Virus record (IMG/VR): IMGVR_UViG_3300025418_000339
Span: 1-36,442 of that record
From: a virus
Taxonomy: Duplodnaviria > Caudoviricetes
Length of the DNA: 36,442 bases
Strand: one strand, 5' to 3'
The stretch's first letter is position 1. Each line of letters starts with the position of its first letter. A model generated the notes under the pieces. It searched no databases. It was not told the DNA's origin and saw nothing but the letters and a program-made list of their open reading frames with translations. Shown here one piece after another: positions 26,766 through 35,513 of this stretch. The position numbers and the translations under genes are program-made.

Positions 26766-27185
26766 TTACGGTCTAGGGTACACATTACGGGACCATTGTT
26801 CAAGTAATCTTTTCTTCACTTCATCAGGGATGGAAACTGCTTGCTCCCTGGCTCTCTGAGCCTCTAGATCGAGTTCTAAAGCCTTTTTGCGTTCAGCCTC
26901 ATCTCTTAACCTAGCCTTTTCCAATTCAGCCTTTATAAGCTCGTCAGGGCTGAGTTTTCGGGGTGGCAGGGGATCATCCGACCAACGCTCTTCATCAAGC
27001 CAGCGAGCAGGGGAAGGGGTAAAGGTTGGATCTCGATTGGGGTCAGCCGCATAAGCCTGGACTGCATCAAGAATAACCTTGGGGTTTACTTTGGTGATTG
27101 CAACTTTCCAAGATTCCCTTGCGCTGACAACGCTTACCTTGCGAGGATAGGCGTTCCAAAATAAACCAAAATCATCAATGACCAT
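26766..27185 (-). CDS. Protein resembling the C-terminal domain of phage replication initiators
   Basis: F..FWNAYPRKV, A...W and P.PARWL...RW.D motifs. Confidence 0.65.
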   Translation of the reverse strand: MVIDDFGLFWNAYPRKVSVVSARESWKVAITKVNPKVILDAVQAYAADPNRDPTFTPSPARWLDEERWSDDPLPPRKLSPDELIKAELEKARLRDEAERKKALELDLEAQRAREQAVSIPDEVKKRLLEQWSRNVYPRP

Positions 27186-27513
27186 TCATCAAACTCCTTA
27201 CCTGTACTTCATCAATGCCAAACCGAGCGATGGATTTTAATGTCCGTACTCGATTCTCAAAGAATTTATTGCTCATAAACGATTGACGCTCGATACCGGT
27301 TAGCCCGCCCCAAACGCCAAACTCTTCATTCTCAAATGCCCACTTCAAACAATCTGCCCAAATGGGACAACTAAAGCAGATGGCACGAACCGCTTCGGTT
27401 GTATCAGACTTCTGCGGGGATGCCCGCATTTCCTCAAGATCGAAGAAAGTATTTACGGGCATCCCAACGCAATTGCCTTGATCCCAATCTATGCCCGCCT
27501 CAAAGAACCGCAT
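27175..27513 (-). CDS. whiB: WhiB-family Fe-S transcription factor
   Basis: W...NC, CFSCP...DC and FGVWGGL motifs; start at ATG 27513 after GAGGTG. Confidence 0.9.
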   Translation of the reverse strand: MRFFEAGIDWDQGNCVGMPVNTFFDLEEMRASPQKSDTTEAVRAICFSCPIWADCLKWAFENEEFGVWGGLTGIERQSFMSNKFFENRVRTLKSIARFGIDEVQVRSLMNGH

Positions 27514-28172
27514 CCCACCTCGCCCGTCTCGTCGAAGTATTCGCAATACATCTTGCAAAAATGCTTAGGCTTTTCGGGGGAAGGAATCTCTTTCTTAGAT
27601 GCGGCTTCTTTTACTTCATCGAGCCAAGCGAGAGCAGCTTCTGCTTTCGTTGGGTCATAAGGTTCTGAGTGGGTGAGTATGTCAGCCATCTTTCCATCGC
27701 GGGGGATGGTGACAAGTGCAACTTCCTTTGGATCTTCGCCACTAGCTTTAAGCATATGCGCGTAAACCTGCGCTTGCCAAATCTGTTGGTCGCTAGGGAA
27801 GTAACGAAGGGAAGCCTTGGTGGTGGTTTTCCAGTCCACCACCAATTGCTTGTCCCGGATATAAAGATCCGTATGGGCAGGAATTCCATACGCATCTAAA
27901 GTTTGCTCGATCAAAAAGTTATCACCAAATGGATCTTCAACCTTAATTGCTTCAGCAATGCCGGCATGGATATAAGTTCCAAGAATTGCAGGTAACTTCT
28001 CGGTTGCATTAGTTTCAGGATGATCTACCAATTGGTAATACACCTGACGACGGCATCCACCAAGTTGCGATGGGCCGATTTCTTTCTGTTTAGATCGATC
28101 TCGTTTGCCATCTTCTGCGATGAGAGCGCCAGTTAAAAGTTTATAAAGAAATACATTAGTTGTGTCGCTCAT
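27489..28172 (-). CDS. Cas4-like PD-(D/E)xK exonuclease
   Basis: GPSQLGGCRR, GT.IH, DL...VVDWKT, Q...Y and C-terminal Cys cluster; near bet. Confidence 0.85.
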   Translation of the reverse strand: MSDTTNVFLYKLLTGALIAEDGKRDRSKQKEIGPSQLGGCRRQVYYQLVDHPETNATEKLPAILGTYIHAGIAEAIKVEDPFGDNFLIEQTLDAYGIPAHTDLYIRDKQLVVDWKTTTKASLRYFPSDQQIWQAQVYAHMLKASGEDPKEVALVTIPRDGKMADILTHSEPYDPTKAEAALAWLDEVKEAASKKEIPSPEKPKHFCKMYCEYFDETGEVGCGSLRRA

Positions 28173-28471
28173 TTCTTCTCCCATACTGTAACCATGCGGG
28201 CGTGTGATGAAACGCGTCGGGTCTTTTCAAACCCAACGCGCTCCACCGCACCGCCGTGTGACCAAGTGCGGATCTTTGCTCCAACCGCGTTATTGGAGTT
28301 CGGATTGCTCTTGTCGGGCAACCCGATTGCATCAATCAAATCTTCTGAAGTGAATCTTTCGCCGCTTGCTAAATCTTTAAACCACACATCAGCATCAAAA
28401 CTCCAAAGTGATTTGGTGATAAGAGCTAATCGTGATCCTTCATTAGCAAGCACCTCTCCTGCGATGCTCAT
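28169..28471 (-). CDS. Hypothetical protein
   Basis: 100 aa, ATGA-coupled on both sides. Confidence 0.7.
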   Translation of the reverse strand: MSIAGEVLANEGSRLALITKSLWSFDADVWFKDLASGERFTSEDLIDAIGLPDKSNPNSNNAVGAKIRTWSHGGAVERVGFEKTRRVSSHARMVTVWEKK

Positions 28472-29259
28472 GCTTCAGATGCTTCCTTGAGTTCTGCAAC
28501 TCGGGCAGAGATAACCTGCTTTAATGTTTTACCATCAACAGGTATATCTAAATACTGGGCTTCATCTGCCCATAGTGCGCGGAGTCCATCAATGTCGTGT
28601 GACGGCACGGAATTGATGAGAACAGTTGCGCGCTTGATTTCAAGTTCTGTTGGCTCTACAACTTCTGCTTCGGCAATCTGCTTTCCTGGTGCATCAGCTT
28701 TAACTGGTGTTGGCTTTTCTTCTTTATCAGCCTGAGACATTTCATCATTGGTATAAATCCCTGAGAGATCGTTGGGAAATGCTTTACGAAGAGCAAGTGC
28801 TTCGGCACACTTTGAAAGCATAAGGTCCGGCATCTTCTTCCAAATTGGAGAACCGGCATTGTATGAATCCCACTTAGCAACTGCATAAGTTGGGTGCGGG
28901 GTATCTTTGTAATAGACACCGATACGAGCAGCAACTGGTGGAGTTGGCTCTAACCAAACATCCTTCCAAACACCATCTTGCCCACACCACTCTGCGGGGG
29001 TCTGACCACCGTAGTTTCCTGAGCGTTGAGCGACGATGCGAAGTCCATCAATTGATGACTGGATGGTGAACTTTCCACCACGGGAGATCATGTAGATCTG
29101 ACGGGCAAATGGGTCTAACCCTGTGCGTTGGCAATAGTGGTGAAATACCTTCATATCGCCTTCAGATGCCCCTGTAAGCCCTAATTGCTTGAGTGCAGCA
29201 ACTTGGGTAGGAGTCCAGTTATCCTGCTCTGAGGTGAGAGCTAGGCTTTTTTCAGTCAT
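28468..29259 (-). CDS. bet: Phage recombination protein Bet (RecT/Red-beta family)
   Basis: GLDPFARQIY, IDGLRIVAQRSG.Y and WKKMP..ML.KCAEALALRKAFP motifs. Confidence 0.92.
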   Translation of the reverse strand: MTEKSLALTSEQDNWTPTQVAALKQLGLTGASEGDMKVFHHYCQRTGLDPFARQIYMISRGGKFTIQSSIDGLRIVAQRSGNYGGQTPAEWCGQDGVWKDVWLEPTPPVAARIGVYYKDTPHPTYAVAKWDSYNAGSPIWKKMPDLMLSKCAEALALRKAFPNDLSGIYTNDEMSQADKEEKPTPVKADAPGKQIAEAEVVEPTELEIKRATVLINSVPSHDIDGLRALWADEAQYLDIPVDGKTLKQVISARVAELKEASEA

Positions 29260-29303
29260 AATCGAACCTTTCGTTTGGGGCTTCTAATTGCCCGTGTAGC
29301 CGT

Positions 29304-29333
29304 AATCTATCGGAGCATAATCTTTAATGTCAA
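29304..29333 (-). promoter_or_regulatory. Housekeeping-sigma promoter for the bet operon
   Basis: TTGACA-18 nt-TAGATT on the minus strand, same boxes as the promoter at 26179-26207. Confidence 0.75.
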
Positions 29334-29381
29334 CAACCCCGTAATCTGTGTTTTGGGTGTGTCGCGTGAGAGGATTGCCTT

Positions 29382-29585
29382 ATGGCATTTTCATCAATCG
29401 AGATCAGACTGGGCGGCCTATGGGTGTCGGTCCAAAGCGAGTTAACCTACCCTGATGGGATAGATGACCTGACCTCTAGGGCGCTTTTCATGTTTAAGGA
29501 AAGCGTAAATACAGCCAAGGCAAACAACATTGATATAACGGTGATGAGTTTGATGACCGGATACCCCGAGGATACTGACGAGTGA
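29382..29585 (+). CDS. Hypothetical protein
   Basis: 67 aa, GTGA-coupled to the protease-like gene. Confidence 0.7.
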   Translation: MAFSSIEIRLGGLWVSVQSELTYPDGIDDLTSRALFMFKESVNTAKANNIDITVMSLMTGYPEDTDE

Positions 29586-30112
29586 CAACCATTATTGGAA
29601 TTCAATACGACGACTCTTGCCTTATCGTTGCTGATTCCAGGGTAACCGATGACTCAGGAAAGATCTTCAGCCATCCAAATATGACCAAGATCAATGAGCG
29701 CGGAGCGTTTTTGATTGCCGGTGCTGGTGAGATTCTTCCCTGCGATGTAGTTCAACATTCTTGGAACCCACCACGCGTAACCGCTAGAGATAAACAGAAC
29801 CTCTATCATTTCATGGTAGTCAAAGTAATACCTTCTATACGCAAATGCCTAAAAGAGAATGGCTATAACTTTGATGAAAATGGAGATGACCGCTTCAGCT
29901 TTTTAATTGCTGTATGCGGTCAACTCTTTGAACTCGATGACAATCTCGGGATCACTCAAAACAATACAGGCTTTTATGGAATTGGATCGGGAGCGCCCTA
30001 TGCTCTTGGAGCATTAGCAGTTGGTGCTAAGCCAATAGAAGCGATGGATGTTGCAACTGATCTCACCGCTTTTACTGCGCCACCGTATCAACTTGCTGAG
30101 CAATCCTCTTAA
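29582..30112 (+). CDS. Ntn-hydrolase, proteasome-beta/HslV-like peptidase
   Basis: N-terminal (M)TTIIG, ADSRVT, K at about residue 33 and GIGSG..YALGAL. Confidence 0.85.
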   Translation: MTTIIGIQYDDSCLIVADSRVTDDSGKIFSHPNMTKINERGAFLIAGAGEILPCDVVQHSWNPPRVTARDKQNLYHFMVVKVIPSIRKCLKENGYNFDENGDDRFSFLIAVCGQLFELDDNLGITQNNTGFYGIGSGAPYALGALAVGAKPIEAMDVATDLTAFTAPPYQLAEQSS

Positions 30113-30259
30113 TCATTCGTCTTTTTTCCCAAGAGCAATGTCTCTGATGCGTTGTTGCGGTACACCAAAACGCTTTGACAATTCAATAACATTTATCGCT
30201 TTACCTTTCACGACTTTATATTCTTTGCGAATAATTTTTACTGCTTCTTCATCCAACAT
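30113..30259 (-). CDS. Small HTH protein (48 aa; not in ORF track)
   Basis: MLDEEAVKIIRKEY...ELSKRFGVPQQRIRDIALGK; GAAAGG RBS. Confidence 0.65.
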   Translation of the reverse strand: MLDEEAVKIIRKEYKVVKGKAINVIELSKRFGVPQQRIRDIALGKKDE

Positions 30260-30335
30260 GGTTGACCTTTCTAGTATCTACCGTGGATGAATCCAACCCC
30301 AATCCCTAAAATAAAGCAACCGATCATGGTCAGCA

Positions 30336-31364
30336 TTAGTCGAGCCACACCTGGTATTGAGCTGTGACGCGACCCTTGATGGGATCTACGAAGTGAAGGC
30401 GTTGGCTAGGCATACCTGATGCGGCCATCGAATCACGGGCGTATCTATTATCGGACTCAGTAGAGCCAGTCCAATAAAGATTGAAGTTCTTTTGAATAGG
30501 CTCTTGTGCATGGCGATGGTAGTGACCAAGATATATGTCATGGAAATCATAATCGTGAGCGCCAGCCTTCCAACGGTTAGCACCAGCGATCCATGCAGCA
30601 GGAGAAGCAAAGCCCGAGCGACCAAGTTCATCACCGTGCATCAACAATGCGCGGTAATTGCCAACAGCAACTTCTTGTATATCTTCAGGGCAATCTTCCC
30701 AAGTAAGGCGCTTCTCACCGGCAAGGATCTGCCGAGACATTTCATAGACCATGCGATCCACATTGTCGCTCTTAGGAACTTCAGCTCTCTTGCCACCGAT
30801 GCGCCCGTGGTTTCCCCACTCAGCAACAACGGTTACCTTCTCAAAGTTAGCAAGCATCACGCGAACAAAGTCCACGCAAAGGCGAGATACCTGGGTAAAT
30901 TGACCAAAGAGCGAAGCATCGATCTGCCACAACTGAGCAGGATAGTTAAACAAACCTTCAACCATGTCCCCACCAAACATCACTACGCACTCGCGTACTG
31001 GATGATGCGCTCGCTGTAGTTCAGTTAGGTGAACGATCTTGTCTGCAAACTGAAGAACTCTCTTACGCATAATCTCTGAGTTGTAAGAAGTAGTTACCTT
31101 TGCACCCTGCCAGTCGGTTGAGTGAACAAGTGCAACTTCAGGAGAGACCTTGCGCTTATCTGCTTTAGGTGATGGAACTGCTGGAACTTTACCGAGAGTA
31201 AGCATCGCTTCATACGCACCACGGTGAGTTGCTACTACAAGTTCATCGTTGCGGATCTTTGCTTTTGATAGTTGCTTCTGAGCGTTGTTAAGCGCCTTAC
31301 GAAGTTCTACGATTTCCGGATTTGATTCTTTTTCCAACTGCTCTAAATCATCCTCTAGCGCCAA
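30336..31364 (-). CDS. Calcineurin-like metallophosphoesterase with N-terminal coiled coil
   Basis: DWQ, GDMVEG, GNHG, HGD and GHYH motifs; TTG start at 31364 after GAAGGGG. Confidence 0.85.
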   Translation of the reverse strand: MALEDDLEQLEKESNPEIVELRKALNNAQKQLSKAKIRNDELVVATHRGAYEAMLTLGKVPAVPSPKADKRKVSPEVALVHSTDWQGAKVTTSYNSEIMRKRVLQFADKIVHLTELQRAHHPVRECVVMFGGDMVEGLFNYPAQLWQIDASLFGQFTQVSRLCVDFVRVMLANFEKVTVVAEWGNHGRIGGKRAEVPKSDNVDRMVYEMSRQILAGEKRLTWEDCPEDIQEVAVGNYRALLMHGDELGRSGFASPAAWIAGANRWKAGAHDYDFHDIYLGHYHRHAQEPIQKNFNLYWTGSTESDNRYARDSMAASGMPSQRLHFVDPIKGRVTAQYQVWLD

Positions 31365-31593
31365 GGCATTGACCCCTTCTATGACGAGACACAACACCTT
31401 CGCTGAGGTTGTATCCATTCTTGCGAAGCACTCGACTCAAAGATGAGCTAGTGATGTTTTTATCTTCAACGCGTTCTGCAATTAACTTGGCTTCTTCTTT
31501 CGGAAGGGTTTCTAGAAAAGTACAAAATGTACATTTGCCTCTAGAAGAATGTACAAAATTATCTTTGTTCTTGAGGTCATCAAGAAGTCCCAC
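31348..31593 (-). CDS. Hypothetical Zn/HTH-like protein
   Basis: CTFC...LSRVL...S...V.RHRRGQC. Confidence 0.7.
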   Translation of the reverse strand: MGLLDDLKNKDNFVHSSRGKCTFCTFLETLPKEEAKLIAERVEDKNITSSSLSRVLRKNGYNLSEGVVSRHRRGQCLGARG

Positions 31594-31838
31594 TATGCAC
31601 CCACGATCTCTCGACCCACGGTTACATAACCCACAATGTCATCCCAAGAATCTGAGTAGGTGGGATTCTTCAGGACTCTTACTGATTTCAAAGCGATCAT
31701 CATTACTGCTACCTCTTCAGGAGCAAGATCATCGGTATGGAGAATAGCTCCCCATAAGCGACCTATGAGTGCGAAGTTCTCAGACGCATCCCCATACTTT
31801 TCTTGCCGATCTTCAAGAATTTGGTCAATCATGTTCAA
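31593..31838 (-). CDS. DUF6378-like protein
   Basis: RQEKYG...NF..I..LW, MM..LK..R and DSW.DI.GY motifs. Confidence 0.75.
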   Translation of the reverse strand: MNMIDQILEDRQEKYGDASENFALIGRLWGAILHTDDLAPEEVAVMMIALKSVRVLKNPTYSDSWDDIVGYVTVGREIVGA

Positions 31839-31881
31839 CCCTTTCTATTGGTTGAACGAACTCTAACAGGTTACACGCCGT

Positions 31882-31918
31882 AAAAGCAGAAACACCCCTA
31901 GATCGGTAGGGGTGTTTC
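31882..31918 (-). terminator. Intrinsic terminator ending the late minus-strand transcript
   Basis: Perfect 12-bp stem GAAACACCCCTA/TAGGGGTGTTTC followed by TGCTTTT on the minus strand. Confidence 0.75.
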
Positions 31919-31962
31919 GCGGGGGCAACAGACTTAACCCACTAGCGGTTAAGGTTGTAAAA

Positions 31963-32232
31963 CTAGGATACCTGAAAAGTTCCGCAATCGATAACAGGGA
32001 TCTCGGGCGAGTCGGTAATCTGCGCCCACACCTTCCATATACCTACCCCGTAAGTACCCGTTAAAAAGCCTGTAGCGCCCTGTAGGAGCGTTGCGGGGAA
32101 CCAGTCAGCATCAGTTGGTCGGGCGGTAGGTTTGATGACCGCAAACTCCACGGCATCGGTATAAGCCACATTGTCCAGGGTGACCAACACCGGCTGGAAT
32201 TCAACGCTCTCGCGTGGGTAAATATTGGTCAT
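31963..32232 (-). CDS. Small beta-rich putative virion protein
   Basis: Start at ATG 32232 (MTNIYPRESVEF), ATGA-coupled. Confidence 0.65.
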   Translation of the reverse strand: MTNIYPRESVEFQPVLVTLDNVAYTDAVEFAVIKPTARPTDADWFPATLLQGATGFLTGTYGVGIWKVWAQITDSPEIPVIDCGTFQVS

Positions 32233-33671
32233 TGGAGATATGCCTTCCATCGTTTGTCTTGGAGTGAGCCAATGTTGTTCTTGTCCCCAAGAATAGCACC
32301 CCATCGACGAGTAGCCATTATAGCCTCATAGTTTCTTGGAGCTACGATGACTGAATCATCTCGCTGGACCGACAATTCTGCGTACCACCGGCGAGGAAGA
32401 ATCTCACCAAAGGTTTGAATATCGTGGTCATTAAGCGGGCTTACGCGCTTGATCTTAAAGGTAAGTTTTGCAGTAATAGCCAAGGGAACCGCAACTGCAT
32501 AATAAGTCTTGGAAATGTTTTGCAAGAAAGTTGCAGAAATTATTATTGGATTGACACTTGCGTATCGGGTGACACTTGCATCGCAAGTAAATGTTGCGCT
32601 TGCCGAAATGCTAGTTGAAGCGGTTAAAGAGTGAAGGGCATCGCTTGTTAATGTTGTAATTACCTGTGTTGATGTATTTGCAACTTCAGCATTGTAGGCT
32701 GTTGAAGATAGAGTAGTTGTAACAGCGGTAGAAGAAGTAATTTTTTGATCTTTAATTACATCTGCTGTTTGTGTTGCAATTACAGAAGTAGATGTTGCTG
32801 CCTTTTGATCTTTTTTGGAATCAGCAGTTTCGGTAGCAGTTACTGAAAGAGAAGAAGCGCCGTAATGCGTTACATTTGCCGCGCTTGTAAGTGTTGTTAA
32901 TATTGCAGTAGTAGATGCAATAAGACTGTTATTAGAAGCAGACCCAGTTGTTGTTGCATTAGCATTGAATGTTTCATCTGCATATTGAGTTTTAAGAGCT
33001 GCTGTTATTTCAACATCTGCAATAGTTAAATTAGCCTGAACAAGCATTGCCCTATAAACATCAGCAGTTCCGGCAAATGTTGTATTACTAGATGATTGAA
33101 TATAAGAAGTTCTAAGTCCATCGCCAGTTAATGTGGCGGTAAAAGCGCTAGGTGCTTGAGCAATTCGAGTTACTACACCATCTGCAGTAAGGCTGGCTAC
33201 AAATGATGAATTAGAAGAGATAAGTGTATTAAGTAAAACAACACTAGATGTTGTTGAAGTAATTGGTGTAGATGCTGAAGCAATTCTATAAACAACACCA
33301 TCTGCTGTTATTGTAAAGATAACTGGCGTTGATGCTTGAAGATAAGAAATGCGAAGGGAATCGCCAGTAAGATTTGCTGCAAATGAACTTGTTGTTTGTG
33401 CTAAACGGGTAACATTTCCATCAGCGGTAAGCGAAACAGTAAATGGTGAAGATTCAGCACCATAAACGGTGCGGAAAGAATCTGCGGTAACGGTTGCAGT
33501 AAGTGAAGTTGAAGCAGAAATACTCTGACCGCGTGAAGAATCTGCGGTCAGAGTACCTGTAAACGACGAACTTGAATCGACATATATTGCAATCGCACCT
33601 AGCCAAAAGGCAGGTGACGGACTGTAAAACTTGCCGTCATAGGTTAAGGCGCTGGACTTAGTAAGACCCAT
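32229..33671 (-). CDS. Ser/Thr/Ala-rich protein with 20-aa tandem repeats (putative fibre/filament)
   Basis: Recurrent S..hT.TLTAD..R units spaced 20 aa apart. Confidence 0.75.
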   Translation of the reverse strand: MGLTKSSALTYDGKFYSPSPAFWLGAIAIYVDSSSSFTGTLTADSSRGQSISASTSLTATVTADSFRTVYGAESSPFTVSLTADGNVTRLAQTTSSFAANLTGDSLRISYLQASTPVIFTITADGVVYRIASASTPITSTTSSVVLLNTLISSNSSFVASLTADGVVTRIAQAPSAFTATLTGDGLRTSYIQSSSNTTFAGTADVYRAMLVQANLTIADVEITAALKTQYADETFNANATTTGSASNNSLIASTTAILTTLTSAANVTHYGASSLSVTATETADSKKDQKAATSTSVIATQTADVIKDQKITSSTAVTTTLSSTAYNAEVANTSTQVITTLTSDALHSLTASTSISASATFTCDASVTRYASVNPIIISATFLQNISKTYYAVAVPLAITAKLTFKIKRVSPLNDHDIQTFGEILPRRWYAELSVQRDDSVIVAPRNYEAIMATRRWGAILGDKNNIGSLQDKRWKAYLQ

Positions 33672-33701
33672 GACTTAACCCCCTGTTACTGCGAAAAAGA
33701 A

Positions 33702-34085
33702 CTAAGCAGCCAAAGGTGAAAGTGAAACTCCCAAAGTTGTGAATGTAAGAGTGTCTGTATTCACGACTGACTTAGATGTTGTAAGAGCTGCTGACCAAAG
33801 GAAGTTTCCTGCAGTTGAAGCATCCCATACAGAGATGTGCGTAATTGTCTCTGTTGCTGTCATTGTAAATGATGGCGAGTTTGACAATGCAATTGCCCCT
33901 GCTGATGCAGCAGAGAAAGTTGCTGATGATCGAGTAGTAACAGCAGATGAATTTGCTGTTCCTGCTGCTCCTGGATCGGCTGTGTGTAGCTTGATATAAG
34001 TTCCGGCAGGAGCAGTAAATGCTGTACCGCGAAGCATATTTAGCCAGTTATTAGCCAGGGTTGTAGTCGCTAGTCCTACAGTCAT
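33702..34085 (-). CDS. Putative virion structural protein
   Basis: YIKLHTADPG, ITHISVWDASTAGNFL, KSV...DTLTF motifs common in phage fibre-associated proteins. Confidence 0.7.
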   Translation of the reverse strand: MTVGLATTTLANNWLNMLRGTAFTAPAGTYIKLHTADPGAAGTANSSAVTTRSSATFSAASAGAIALSNSPSFTMTATETITHISVWDASTAGNFLWSAALTTSKSVVNTDTLTFTTLGVSLSPLAA

Positions 34086-34171
34086 TCTTGCTCCTTATTT
34101 TCTTCTTGGGGGGTTGCTTTGGTTATTTCTGCATCAGCAGTAAAAACCAATCCCATTACTGTGTTAGACAT
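34082..34171 (-). CDS. Tiny hypothetical protein (29 aa)
   Basis: MSNTVMGLVFTADAEITKATPQEENKEQE, ATGA-coupled to the next gene. Confidence 0.45.
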   Translation of the reverse strand: MSNTVMGLVFTADAEITKATPQEENKEQE

Positions 34172-34181
34172 TATATCTTAA

Positions 34182-34445
34182 TTAAGCCTGTGGCTTATCG
34201 AGAACAGTCGCATCAGCAGCAACAAGTGCCTTGCTTGGAGCAGGGAACTGATCTGCTGGATTAGCCCAACGATAGATCAATGGAAGAATTGCAGCGCCAC
34301 CGGCACTAAGCAAACCCTTGACTGAAGTTGTGTGGTGCAAAAGGTATTCAGCAGTTACTGCACCTACGAAGATGTGCGCCCATTGTGAAAGAACAGTCCA
34401 CACTTTAGGAGATACATTAAAGAGATATTTGTTAGCCATTTTCAA
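34182..34445 (-). CDS. Putative holin
   Basis: Two hydrophobic segments and RWANP.D.F ending; follows the endolysin. Confidence 0.65.
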   Translation of the reverse strand: MKMANKYLFNVSPKVWTVLSQWAHIFVGAVTAEYLLHHTTSVKGLLSAGGAAILPLIYRWANPADQFPAPSKALVAADATVLDKPQA

Positions 34446-34492
34446 TCCTTTACTAGATTAGGAATGGGCGTATGCCCAAGGGAATAATACCC

Positions 34493-34966
34493 CTAGGACT
34501 GCCACTTAGGGCGAATTACAGCCTTAACAACTAACGGTGAGCGTACTTTTGCGTAAACACCGTCTCCGTTGCTTTGGTTTACGCCTACATGGTCGGGTCC
34601 AGTATTGCCTTCGATAGTCGGGATCAACTTTGTATGAGGATCCATAGGCCCTGTAGCGATGCCAGTATGTTCAGCAACCCCGCTATGAGTCCAGTCAAAG
34701 AGAAGTACATCTCCCATTTGAACCTGAGAGATAGGTACGATCATGTTGTGGCTATGCGCCCAAGATTCTAGAGATGGGCAGTAAGAGAATTTTTCAAGAG
34801 CTGATATTGCCTGTGCTTGATCGAAGCACCATGAAACAAAGATAGCGCACCATGAGACATGGTTTACGCCGTACCAAACACCAAACTTATTGTCGTTGTT
34901 AGCGCCTTCTTTATAACCAACCTGCGCCTTGGCTGCGGCAACCACTGCGACTGCTTGCTTACTCAT
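34493..34966 (-). CDS. CHAP-domain endolysin
   Basis: WCAIFVSW, GDVLLFDW, HTGI and TIEGNT motifs. Confidence 0.9.
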   Translation of the reverse strand: MSKQAVAVVAAAKAQVGYKEGANNDNKFGVWYGVNHVSWCAIFVSWCFDQAQAISALEKFSYCPSLESWAHSHNMIVPISQVQMGDVLLFDWTHSGVAEHTGIATGPMDPHTKLIPTIEGNTGPDHVGVNQSNGDGVYAKVRSPLVVKAVIRPKWQS

Positions 34967-35217
34967 TTGTCGTACTTTGCTTTCATTACCTCAACATCAA
35001 TTTTAATAGACTGTTGATTTTCAAGTAGCTCTTCTACTTTGTTAATCAAGCCAGTCTTACCATCGTTATAAAGCGCGTATGTAATCTTAGCCAATTGATC
35101 TTTGAGTTCATCAGTATGCTTTTGAATCGTATGCTTGGCAATAAGGCTAAGCCCCGCAAGCAATGCTACGGCTACAAAGAAATACGAATAGACTATCGTT
35201 GCGGTATCTGATGACAT
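34963..35217 (-). CDS. Single-TM coiled-coil membrane protein (lysis cassette)
   Basis: N-terminal TM, N.GKTGL..KV motif, overlaps the endolysin start. Confidence 0.7.
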   Translation of the reverse strand: MSSDTATIVYSYFFVAVALLAGLSLIAKHTIQKHTDELKDQLAKITYALYNDGKTGLINKVEELLENQQSIKIDVEVMKAKYDK

Positions 35218-35236
35218 GATTGCGCCTTTGCGGTTA

Positions 35237-35482
35237 TTAAATTTCTAAAATATAAATAGGAGATGTGCTTGAAGCGGTAATCGCCCAAAGTTCAGCGCTA
35301 CCTGCAAGATCAAATGTAATCTTATCATTGGCATCCATCTTGTAACCTGTTGTTGCAGTTACATTACGGTCACCAAGAAAAACTGCTGTAGTTTCTGCAT
35401 GGATAGATAACTTGCGGGTTGATCCGGCTTGATCTGCAATCTTAACTGCTGTAGTTCCTGCTGTGTATTGTGCTGAACGCAT
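35237..35482 (-). CDS. Small beta-rich hypothetical protein
   Basis: 81 aa, VFLGD..VT..TGY motif, GGGAG RBS. Confidence 0.7.
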   Translation of the reverse strand: MRSAQYTAGTTAVKIADQAGSTRKLSIHAETTAVFLGDRNVTATTGYKMDANDKITFDLAGSAELWAITASSTSPIYILEI

Positions 35483-35513
35483 TAAATCTCCCTAGATTAT
35501 TTAATGCCTAATC

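Noticed and set aside
27489-28172. CRISPR-Cas system suggested by the Cas4-like protein
   Set aside because: No repeat-spacer array or other cas genes were seen, and Cas4-like exonucleases near bet are ordinary phage recombination genes.
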